From Dendrobates tinctorius (Eukaryota), in NCBI RefSeq assembly GCF_039654945.1, contig NW_027362050.1, forward strand, positions 1,984,001 to 2,048,000: a stretch of DNA of 64,000 nt, written 5' to 3'. Each line of letters opens with the position of its first letter. The stretch's first letter is position 1. Shown piece after piece: positions 37,690-49,908 of the stretch. The translations under genes and the position numbers were made by a program. The notes beneath the pieces are model-generated. The model saw only the letters and a list, made by a program, of their open reading frames with translations. It was not told the origin of the DNA and did no database searches.

Positions 37690-38030
37690 GAAACCGCAGC
37701 TCTTGTGTCCTGCACACGCCACACAGGGCTACAGGAAAATGGCCGCCGCCACTAGAGCGCAGGAAGATGAGGTTGAAATCTCCTGGTAAACAGGACGGAT
37801 ACGGCAGGGACTGACGAATGTACGGCCGGTGACGAAACCCGGAGCTTTTCCCCTTCACCTCATAGCCGCGCACAGAGCGACCACCCGCAGTCACTGCTCC
37901 CTCTAGTCTCTGCTGCCACTCACCTTCCCCGCGCTCGCAGCTCCGCGAAAGAGGATCTTGGTGACGTCACCGTCACGTGACCCTGCTGTCTATGGCACGT
38001 GACCGCCCATTGCGGCAACTAGTCCTATGT
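37690..38030 (-). promoter_or_regulatory. FIBP: CpG-rich FIBP promoter with probable non-coding first exon ending at 37924
   Basis: Donor GGAAG|gtgagt at 37924/37923; CRE TGACGTCA 37962-37969; GTCACGTGAC 37972-37981; CACGTGAC 37996-38003; YY1-like AAAATGGCCGCC near 37736; locally high CpG. Confidence 0.72.
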
Positions 38031-38113
38031 AATGTGTGCAGCTCCTGCCAGGCCATGTGCGCAGGAAGGACAAACCCGCTGCGGGAAACGCTCCTTTTTT
38101 ATTTCTATATTTA

Positions 38114-38414
38114 GGCTATGTGCACACGGAGCTTTTTTGCCTCTGCGGATTTTGTAGTGAAAACTGCAGATAAATCCACAGGACTAAAGTCCTGCGGTTT
38201 AACACCTCATAATGGATGAGGCTGCGGACCAAAGAATTGACATGCTGCGGATTGTAACCGCAACAAAACCGCGCGGAAAAATCTGCAGCATGTGCACAGC
38301 GTTTTCCAGTTTACCATTGAAAACAATGGTACTGTACTACGCAGCTAAATCTGCTGCCGCAGGGCCTGAATCACTGTGGATCCGCAGCAGAATCCGCACC
38401 GTGTGCACATGGCC
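38114..38414. mobile_element. PIF/Harbinger-type MITE
   Basis: ggctatgtgcacacg ... cgtgtgcacatggcc; TTA/ATA flanks. Confidence 0.65.
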
Positions 38415-38481
38415 ATATATAGTTTGCAGATTTCTGATTGGACAGTTACAAAACTAATGGGGTAAAAAAATATATATCTAA

Positions 38482-38897
38482 GGCCTGTTCCACACATCAG
38501 TTTTTCACCATCAGTCAAAATCTGCCGTTTTGGAAAAAAAAAACGGATCTGGCATTTTTCTTTGCGGATCCGTTTTTTTCCCCCATTGACTTTCATTATC
38601 GGCAGATTTTCACTGATGGCTGTCCGTAACATCCGCATTTTTGCGGATCCGCCAATATTTTGGCGCCTGCTGACCTGACCGAACGGAGCCTGTAACGTTT
38701 TTTCTCCCTCCGGATCCGCTATTCTGTGTTTTAACCCACAATTCTGTCTGGCTGCAACTCTCTCAATTTTCACCATCGGCGGATCCGTACATCCGCCAAT
38801 CCTCTGCCACACGTTTCTGTCACTCCGCCTGCGGATCCGTTTTCCGCTATTTTGGCGGATTTGGACTGACAGAAAAAACTGAAGTGTGAAACAGGCC
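38482..38897. mobile_element. PIF/Harbinger-type MITE
   Basis: TAA|ggcctgttccacac ... gtgtgaaacaggcc|TAA. Confidence 0.82.
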
Positions 38898-38959
38898 TAA
38901 GATATAAAGCTCAAGTGTATATGTTGCAAACCCCGCCGCTCACTATGATGTCAGAATGG

Positions 38960-39338
38960 TTGACTATGGGATGGCGGATATGTATGATGGGTATATGGGC
39001 ACGGGACTATGAGATGAAGGATGTGTGATGGGTATATGGGCACGGGACTATGGGATGGAGGATATGTATGATGGGTATATGGGCACGGGACTATGAGATG
39101 AAGGATGTGTGATGGGTATATGGGCACGGGACTATGAGATGAAGGATGTGTGATGGGTATATGGGCACTCGACTATGGGATGGGATGTATGATGGGTATA
39201 TGGGCACTCGACTATGGGATGGAGGATATGTATGATGGGTATATGGGCACGAGAATATGGGATGGAGGATAATTATAATTTGCTATTACTAACCACAGTT
39301 AGTTACTATGCCCGGGCATCGCCGGGCTCTTCAGCTAG
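38960..39338 (+). mobile_element. Helitron 3' portion with about 41-bp tandem repeats
   Basis: Repeats tgatgggtatatgggcacgggactatg; ends with hairpin gcccggg..ccgggc and CTAG (39335-39338). 5' end not identified. Confidence 0.65.
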
Positions 39339-40419
39339 TCTAATATATAAAGCTGGATGTGTGTGTATGTATGTATGTGTGTATGTGTGTGTATGTATGT
39401 CCGGGATTGGCATCTGCACCGTCGCAGATACAGCCACAAAATTTTGCACAGTCACACGTCTGGACCCCGAGAGCGTCATAGGCAATGTTGTGAGGCAACA
39501 TTTTAACCCCGCGTGTTCCAGTTCACCAATTTTGCATATTATCATTTCTATGCTGTTATCATCCTTCTGTAAAGCTGGAAATAACACAATTTATTACCGT
39601 GCCAACACAGACCACCCTCTGACACAGACTGCAGGGGGAGCCCAGTATCACACAGGATAGGATTAGATACATGGCTCAGCAGTCAGTATCAAACAGGATA
39701 GGATTAGATACACTGCTCAGCAGACAGTATCAAACAGGAGAGGATTAGATTCACGGCTCAGCAGACGGTATCACACAGGATAGGATTAGATGCACTGCTC
39801 AGCAGTCAGTATCACACAGGATAGGATTAGATACACTGCTCAGCAGTCAGTATCACACACGATAGTATTAGATACACGGCTCAGCAGAAAGTATCACACA
39901 GAAGAGGATTAGGTACACAGCTCAGCAGACATTATCACACAGGATAGGGTTAGATACACAGCTCAGAAAAAGCATGTGCCAAAGGAGAGGACATTTTCAT
40001 TCCAAGAATTCCACTCATTCCATCTGATTTGTTTTTTTATTTTAACCGTATCCAGTTTCCAGTTCAACTGCTATTTGCAATGTCCATTAACAATGCTCAG
40101 GGACAGTCCTTCAAAGTAGTAGGGATCGATTTGCAATCTCCATGCTTTTGTCATGGTCAACTTTACATGATCTGTTCAAGAGTTGGAACTGCCAAAAATC
40201 TGTTCATCTTTGCACCAAAAGGAAAAACCAAAAATCTTGAATAAGATGAAAATAAAATACTATCAATACTTGGGTAATCGTTTAGTTAATTTGTGTTGCA
40301 AATCTGTAGTGTTGAATATATGATGTGAAATGGTTTTATGTGCAATATAATCATTATAATTTGTTATAACTAACCACAGTTGGTTACTATGCCCAGGCAG
40401 CACCGGTCTCTTCAGCTAG
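39339..40419 (+). mobile_element. Non-autonomous Helitron retaining a Pif1-type helicase C-terminal fragment
   Basis: 5' TC, 3' CTAG|T with subterminal hairpin. About 39960-40244 encodes RIQFPVQLLFAMSINNAQGQS...HGQLYMICSRV (Pif1 motifs V-VI). Internal 41-bp repeats at 39640-39965. Confidence 0.88.
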
Positions 40420-42147
40420 TATATATATAAATATATATACAGTTGTGGCCAAAAGTATTGACACCCCTGCAATTCTGTCAGATAATACTCAGTTTCTTCC
40501 TGAAAATGATTGCAAACACAAATTCTTTGGTATTATTATCTTCATTTAATTTCTCTTAAATGAAAAAACACAAAAAGAATTGTCCTAAAGCCAAATTGGA
40601 TATAATTCCACACCAAACATAAAAAAAGAGGGTGGACAAAAGTATTGGCACTAGTGTTGAGCATTCCGATACCGCAAGTATCGGGTATCGGCCGATATTA
40701 GCGGTATCGGAATTCCGATACTGACTTCCGATACTTTTGTCATATCGGATTCCGGAAGCGGAATCGGAAGTTCCCATCATGCTATGAGCCTGCTTGCTTT
40801 GATTAAGCCAATGGGAATCCTCCGAAGTGTGGGCACATCCTGTTAGGCATGTAGGCATGTTATCTATTGGCATGGCTGTGATTGGCTGCCGAAATGATGT
40901 CATGATGCACTATAAAAGCCACCGCAGCCGCCATTTCTGGTCACTCTGCTGTGAATTCAGTTAGGGACAGGCTGCTGTAGAAGACTGTGAGGGACAGTTA
41001 GAAATAGCGATTCCACCAAACATCTAGTGCTTTACCCAGGCTACATAAACCACCACTGTAGCCTTCTTTGCCCTAGCAGCAGTGTTCACAGCTGTCTGCA
41101 AGGGCTGTGTGAGTGCAGCTCACGCTGTGGAGTGGGTCCTGCAGCCACGTCAGACTGTAGGCCACCCAGTGTGATCACTGCTGCCTCATACATCTTTTAA
41201 TTTTTGAGCTGCATTTTTTACATAATTTCAATCTAGTGTGCTTCCGTCCGTATCCATATACGTTGGTTGCAAACACTAGTAGTAGACAGCGGAGCCTTTC
41301 TGCAGCCTTTCAGTGCTAGTGTCCACTTTGCTGCACTGTTCACGGCTGTCTGAGAGGTCTCTGACTGTGTGTGAGTGCAGCTCACGCTGAGTAGTGTGTC
41401 CTGCAGCTACGTCTGGTTGTAGGACGCTCAGCGTGTCACTGCCTCACACATTTTTCTTTTATTGCAGCTCATTTTTTCTTCTATTAGTGTGCATCCATCC
41501 GTCTCCATCTACGGTGGTTGCAAACACTATATAGGAGTACACAGCGGAGCCTTTCTGCAGCCTGTCAGTGCCAGTGCCCACTTAGCTGCACTGTTCACGG
41601 CTGTCTGAGAGGTCTCTGACTGTGTGTGAGTGCAGCTCACGCATAGTAGAGTGTCCTGCAGCTACGTCTGGTTGTAGGACGCTCAACGTGCGTCACTGCC
41701 TCACACATATTTGTCTTTGAGTGCAGCTCATTTTTTCTTCTCCTATTAGTGTGCATCCATCCGTATCCATCAACATTGGTTGGTTGCAAACACTATATAG
41801 GAGTAGATAGAGGAGCCTTTTTTTCTGGCTTGTGCCCTGCCGGCACAGCCAGATTAGTATTACCCAATTTTTTTGGAGCCTCATCTTTTGCATTGTAGGT
41901 TACCTGCCTGCATTGTAATAGCTCCAAAAAGTTGGTGATACTATCAGTTTCAATTCTTTGTTCACATACTTTGAGTTTATTTCCAACAAAGAAACCACAA
42001 AAAAAGTTCACCAAACACTACATTTGGAACTTGTGTAGGCCACATCAGCTCCTATTAAAGTGTAGTCCACACACACACACTTGATAAAATTAGTGCTTCT
42101 TGTACCTTTAACCAGCTGTTCAGGAATAAGCACACTAAGGCCCCCCT

Positions 42148-43156
42148 TTGTACTTTTCTGCCTATCTTAAGCAGTCTGGCAAGATGAAGAAGGCAGGGAG
42201 TAAGGCGCGTGGGCGTGGAGTTTCAGCAGGGAGAGGACGTGGGGATTCTGCAGGGAGAGGACGTGGGGATTCTGCAGGTAGAGGACGTGGTGATTCTGGG
42301 CCTGCTGCGGGCACCAGTGGATCAGCATCCCCCAGTTTTAGCAGGCAACAGTCCTTTATGCGCAGCTTTGTAGGACCTCAACGTACCCCACTACTCCCCA
42401 CGGGAGGAACAAATTGAAGCCGTTGTCGGATGGATGGCAGCTAATGCATCGACTTCAATTACTTCCACAGCCTCTCAGGACCAGAGCACCGAAGAGCAAC
42501 CATCTGTCTCTTCACCACCTGCCAAAGTGCCCAGGCCGTCAGAGAGACATGGACAGGAGCCATCACAGTCTCTACTTCTGTTCTCGGAATCTGTTGGCTT
42601 GGAAAGAGGGGGCCAGCCAAGCAGCATTCCTGAATGTGAAGAAGAGGGAGTATGCAGTGATGCGCAACTTCTTTGTCCCTCTGAATCTGAAGAGGCGAGT
42701 GGGCCAGTGCCTATGGTCAGCACACCTCAGTACGCATCAGATGATGACGAGACTCAGTTGCCACTTTCTGGTGCGTACGGTGCTGGTGAGACAACCCCGG
42801 AGAAGCAGCTGTTTGAAGAGGGGAGGGAAGATTATGAGGTCCTTGACCCATCATGGCGTGAGGAACAGGAAGGTGGTGGGAGCAGCTCGGAGGAAGAGAT
42901 TCCCCTACCGGCCAAAACAGGAGGCAGAGGGAGGGGGAAGACTTGGTTGCCTGTACCCTCCACTTCGGCACCCGTTAGGAGCATTCCTCATTCCAAAGGC
43001 AAAACGGGCGCTCCCAAGAGTTGCAGTGCGTGGTCCTTTTTTGATACAGTTGCAGATGACATTTGCTTTGTCAAATGCAAGCTATGTCATCAGATAACTA
43101 GTTATGGGAATGTGGACAGAGCAGGCGACATTGCCGGACACACATCAGGGGATTAA
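42148..43156 (+). pseudogene. hAT transposase N-terminal remnant (RG repeats, acidic region, half BED zinc finger)
   Basis: SAGRGRGD repeats; CSAWSFFDTVADDICFVKCKLCHQ is the start of a BED finger; frameshift near 42400; no catalytic core seen. Confidence 0.72.
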
Positions 43157-44765
43157 CTGACCGGACTGAACACCTGTAACACAGGAACAAGTGTGGATTG
43201 TGCAGACGCCACTTCGGAGCTGTAACTGGCGGGGTTGGAGGACAGGGGAAATACGAAAATCAGTGCAGCCACAGGCCTAAGTGGAGCTTGGTTAAAATTA
43301 GTAGAAGTCTACAACCGATCTTAAAATTTCTTCAATGCAGCCTCAGCCTGCTCCGTGCTTGTCCCTGGGCTTCAACACAGCCAGTTGTTGCTCGGAAGTG
43401 CCGTCTTCACAGAGTAAAACACTAGCTCCTGTGTTTGTGGGGTTCAGTAACGTCAGCTGTTCCCCTGCTGTTTTGATGGCAATCTGTCCTGCTGCCTTCC
43501 AATTGACAGCACATCAGGCCTCAGCCTGCTAAGTGCTTGTCCCTGGGCTCCAACATCGCCAGTTGCTGCTCATAACTGACTTTGGCACGGGTACTCCCTC
43601 CTGCCCAGCTTGGTTCCAGCCCTGCCTGCTGTTTCCGGGAAGTGTCAATGTCAGTTTGCCACCCCAAGTTGCCATGTCGTGTTGCGGTTGGGTTAGCCGA
43701 GGCTAGGGTGCCAGCAGTTTAGGTGCTTCCTATGTGGACTGCGGGTTCTGGTAAGAAAGGCTTGTTCCGTAGTGCCAGTAGGACAAGCACCCCCTGTAGG
43801 ACTGTGTGATTCGGTAACTGCGGCCAGCTTGCGGCATGCCAACTTTGCTTTTCAGGGGTAACTTCTGCTACCCCTGCGGGTTCCAGCACCGTCAGCTGGT
43901 TCTCGTCAGAGCCTTTGGCCTAGGTGCCTCCATCTCGGTATCCGAGTTCCAGCAACGTCTGCTGGTCCTTGGTAGTGCTTTGTAGCACAGGTACCTCCTG
44001 CTTAGTAACCGGGTTCCAGCACTGTCAGCTGGTCCTCAGTTGTGCCATTGGCTCTTATTCCTTCTGCTGCCCCTCCGGGTGCCAGCACTGTCAGCTGGTC
44101 CTCGCTATTTCCATTTGCTCTTGCAGCTTATGCTACCCCTCCGGGTTCCAGCACCGTCAGCTGGTTCTCGTCAGAGCCTTTGGCCTAGGTGCCTCCATCT
44201 CGGTATCCGAGTTCCGGCAACGTCTGCTGGTCCTTGGTAGTGCTTTGTAGCACAGGTACCTCCTGCTTAGTAACCGGGTTCCAGCACCGTCAGCTGGTCC
44301 TCGGTAGTGCCATTGGCCCTTGTTCCTTCTGCTGCCCCTCCGGGTGCCAGTACCGTCAGCTGGTTCAAGAGGACAAAGAACAGGAAGACAACCACCACGA
44401 TGCAGAACAACAAGAGAGAGAAGACAAAGAAGCATAAAAAAACAAAGCAGAAGAACATTAAGCATAAGACTAATACTCTGAGCAAATGATATTATCTTAT
44501 TTATAAGCAGAAGAAGACTAAGCAGTGTATGGGGGTGAGTCCGTTCCTCCTCGTGGTGCCCCTGGAAAAGGCCTGCTGCTGCAGGCCAAACTGAACGCGG
44601 ACAAATCCTGTTGTAAATCTTTTGTGACAGGCAGAATGGAAGGTGTAAACTTCTAACTTTTCTAGATAACAACTACAGGAATGCCTGACACAAATAAGAA
44701 TATGATGAAGAAGAATAGGAAGATGATGAAGAAGTTGAATATGTAGAATAATAATTGTTGAATAA

Positions 44766-45280
44766 GGCCTCTTTCACACATCAGTTTTTTGCCTTCAGGC
44801 GCGATCCGGCTTTTTTTTGTAAAACCGGATCCGGCAAAATGCAATGCCGGATCCGGTTTTTCCCCATTGACTTGCATTAGCGCCGGATCGTGCCGGATGG
44901 CATTGCGTTTCATCCGTTTTTTGCCGGATCCGGCAACTTGTCTCATTCCGGCGTCTGGAAAAAACGGCTACTGTAACGTTTTTTGTCTCCGGCGAAAAAG
45001 CCGGAAGTGCCGGATCCGGCGCTTCCAGCTTTTTGCTACAATGAAAGTCTATGGGCGCCGGAATGCGCCGGATCCAGAAAAAGACGGATCCAGCCACCGG
45101 ATCCGGTTTTTTTAAGTCTGCGCATGCTCAGATCCAATTGGCCAGCCCCAAGGAACAGAGACGGATCCAGCAAAAAAACGGATCCGTTTCTACAGTTCTC
45201 CAAAATTTATGCCGGATCCGTTTTTTCTAAAAAAAGCCGGATCCTGCCTGACGGCAAAAAACTGATGTGTGAAAGTAGCC
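44766..45280. mobile_element. PIF/Harbinger-type MITE nested in the hAT element
   Basis: TAA|ggcctctttcacacatcagtttttt ... aaaaaactgatgtgtgaaagtagcc|TAA; many ccggatccgg motifs. Confidence 0.85.
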
Positions 45281-45283
45281 TAA

Positions 45284-45530
45284 GAAGAATATGAAGAATG
45301 TAAGAAAAGGAAGAAGAAGAAGAATGTAAAAAAAGGAAGTAGAAGAATTTAAAAAAAGGAAGAAGAAGAAGAAGAATGTAAAAAAAGGAATAAGAAGAAG
45401 AATGTAAAAAAAGGAAGTAGAAGAATGTAAAAAAAGGAAGAAGAAGAAGAATGTAAAATAAGGAATAAGAAGAAGAAGAAGGTAAAAAAAGGAAGAAGAA
45501 GAAGAAAGAAGAAGAAAGAAGAAGAAGACA
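45284..45530. repeat. (GAA)-rich repeat
   Basis: gaagaagaatgtaaaaaaaggaa units. Confidence 0.9.
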
Positions 45531-46055
45531 TACATGTCTGGCAAAATATAAATGAGGCTAACATAGTCAATATCTTTGTAACTCCTAACGTCTTTAAAAA
45601 AAAAGTTTAATTCCTGCTATTCCATTTGATTGGGCTAAACCTCTATGGCTTTAATGTCTCCTCCACCTCCCACAATACATTCTACATTATTCTTAGTTGT
45701 TTTTCTTCATGTAGAATTAACCTACAAGGAAAGAAAGGGTTTTTTTTAATTCCGATATTTTGGCCCCATTGACTTGCATTGGTTCCCGGTATCGGAATCG
45801 GCGATACCGATACTTTTTTTTAAGATCGGCCGATCCATTCCGATCCGATATTTTCAAGTATCGGCTGGTATCGCTCAACTCTAATTGGCACTGTTCAAAA
45901 AGTCATGTAATGCTTCTCTAATTTGTGTAAGTAGCTGCACCTGTAACTTACCTGTGGCACCTAACAGGTGTTGGCAATAACTAAATCACACTTGCAGCCA
46001 GTTGACATGGATTAAAGTTGACTCAACCTGTGTCCTTGTGTGTACCACATTGAGC

Positions 46056-47053
<998 letters not shown>

Positions 47054-48824
47054 GCTGAGGGTGCCAATACTTTTGTCTGGCCCATTTTTGGAGTTTTGTG
47101 TGAAATGATCAATGTTTTGCTTTTTGCTTCTTTCTCTTTTGTGTTTTTTCATTTAAGACAAATTAAATGAAGATAATAATACCAAAGAATTTGTGTTTGC
47201 AATCATTTTCAGGAAGAAACTGAGTATTATCTGACAAAATTGCAGGGGTGTCAATACTTTTGGCCACAACTGTACACACTAAAAACCCAATCAAAAACTC
47301 CTTATCTGAAAAGCAACGCAAGTCATATGAATAGAATAAACTTTCAGGCATATCATTTCAATAAAAAAATCCCTGTGAACAAGGGGAAAAAAATAATGTA
47401 AAAATAAGTTTGAAAAAATTGTGAAAATGTTAAAATTTCGATTCGACCCCCCCCCCCTTTTCCCAGTTTAAAAAATAAAGGAAAAAAATTAAACTTTGCT
47501 CCCGACTCATCCGTAAAAATTCAGTCTATCAAAACGTAAAGTACAATAAGTCGACAACACCATGAACAAAAAATAAAAGAAGGAAATGCAAGAATTACTG
47601 TTAAAGAATGCAATCAAAGTGATGATCAAATTGTAATATGCACCCCAGAATTGTATCAATGAAAGCATCAGCCCACCGTGTGAAAAACAAGCCCTCACAC
47701 CACTCCATTGCTGGAAAAACTAAAAAAAAAAAAAAGTTATTGGGCTTAGAAAATGGTGACGAAAACAATTTTCTTTTTTAAAAAAAGTCTGACTTTTAGG
47801 GATTGAACATATAAACAAGAGATCAAACTTGGAAGAAAGGGTAGAAAAAAAAATAAAGCTCAAAAATAAAAGAAAATGTCTGGTTGTTAAAGGGTTAAAG
47901 ACCGTTTCTACTGTGACATCATAACATTATCATACAGCCTATGCATTATATATAAACACGTATAACCGTCATACACAGCCAGTAAATAAACCCGCTGCTG
48001 TCACTTGGCGGTTGTAGGGAAACCGATATCCCATATATTCCATGAGTGTCCAGCAGAGGGAGTCTGTATAAGAATTTGAAGGCTGGTGTGACTCCTCTTT
48101 TTTAACATTGGCCTCATCCCATGACTAAACCTTTGTCATCTTCCGTTTCCTGTGCACCTGTGTGACCAGATTTGGAACAATGCTGCTAATTCCTTGAGTC
48201 TGTTTTACCATGGTTTGTATGTAGGCTGGTCAGTTTTTATGCGTGGCCCTTGACCACAAACACGGCTTGTTACATGAGGCAAACAAATATATACTGATGC
48301 CATGCAGCAGATCGATTACAGTCTCTCAGTGTTGACACAAACGGGACAGTTATACAATAAAAGCAAAAAACTTGATAGTTACACAACAGCGTTGGTATAG
48401 TGCTTGGTGGTTACACTTCAGTCCTGAGGCACAGAATGTGATGGTTACACAACAAGGTTCAGCTGACAGTCCAATGTGTACGGAGGCGCCATCCAACTGA
48501 TGGTCAGGAGAGATGTCAGTTGCGCATGTCTTATTTCAGACTTACGATCATGTTGTTCTTCCTGAGATAAGCCTCCAGTTGATGCCAGAACACAGGAGCT
48601 CGGTTGAGCGAGCGCTCTTCTGTATGGGAGCGTCGTCTCAGATGGCTGTCAGTTGAAGCATCCGCCGGCCGATAGCCATCTAATGTGTATGGTCAGCCTC
48701 CGCTGGTTCCTATGTATTCATAAACTTTCTTACTGATTTTGTGTCTGTCTACTACATGTTTAGAACTGGAAAAAGATATTCTAATTAGGTGATTAGTTTG
48801 TAAATCTACAGTAGTAGTGTTTCT

Positions 48825-49690
48825 TGTTACTCACCACTCCTGGCTCCCTGCCTTTCCTGCTGGCTCCATCCGTTCATCTGCATGTTGGATTGCTATAGTA
48901 AAAAAGCACACTCCAGAGATGTCTCGCTACCTGGCCTTATAGGGCAGCTCAGGCGGCTGAATGCTGACTGAGTATTCAGGTAGTTGACATCCACACTATT
49001 ACATTTCCTGCTGATTTCAGTGCCACGGTCCCTGTCTTTCTTCTGCCACGATTGTCTCCCACTGTTTTTCGCACATTGGGTTATTATAGTTACCATGTGC
49101 CCTCCAGTGATTTTTGCTACCTAGCCTTATAGTCTACCTCAGGTAGTTGGATGTTGCCTGAGTATTCAGGTAGTTGGCATATACATCACTACTTTTCATG
49201 CTTTCTCTGTCATAGCTCAGATACTGAGTCTCCTGACAAACTCAGACATTAGGCTCTGCTCCACCTGCCGTACTCTGCTACATCAGTATTGTGAGCCTTT
49301 TAATCAACCCAGCTCTGCTCCATCTGCTGGGCTTTGGTATATCCATAATGAGAGTCCTGTGATCAACTCAGTCCTGCTGTATCGCTGGGCTGTGCTGCAT
49401 TGCTCTACTTTGTTTATCTTGTCTCCATTCCACCTCTGGTCTCATGCCCGTCTGCTACATTGCTTGTTTACTCGGCCCTGCTGCTATCCTGACTCGGCCT
49501 CTTCAATCTGTCTGGGCTAAGTCTCTGACTTCGTCCTGGAATACTCCTAAATTCCTCCAGTTGCCATCCAGTTTCTTCAGCCTCCGTTGTTTCATCCGCA
49601 CCGCCTTGCTGCAGCAAGGTCATCTGTCTGTGCCTTACCACAACTGCTCAGTCGGGCAAAGGGCTTCAAGGATCCATGAGAGTCATAACA
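48825..49690. mobile_element. Probable solo LTR
   Basis: TGTTA...TAACA termini; flanks tttct/cttct (4 of 5 match); pyrimidine-rich repeats. Confidence 0.5.
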
Positions 49691-49908
49691 CTTCTGAAGA
49701 GGTTTTTTTTACCTGATGGAGTGCTTTCTACATGAAGTCAGACTTTTCCAGAATCAATTCACTAAATTCTTTGTTTATGTCTTCGATGAGTTACTGGTTA
49801 AGCTTCCAGTAATGACCATTTCTGCTACGGGTGCTGTGGGAGCCATCATACTATGTAATGGGGGATAAGGTGGACATCATACTGCATAGGGGGCTGTGTT
49901 GGACTTCA

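Larger units (their letters stand above)
40652..45883 (+). mobile_element. Internally deleted hAT transposon
   Basis: TIR TAGTGTTGAGC / GCTCAACTCTA; 8-bp TSD ATTGGCAC at 40644-40651 and 45884-45891; many subterminal CCGATA/TATCGG motifs; internal direct repeats. Confidence 0.92.

Noticed and set aside
43875-44365. Repeat-spacer-like pattern around ccagcaccgtcagctggt
   Set aside because: The intervening sequences are themselves duplicated; this is a higher-order repeat inside a hAT element, not CRISPR.
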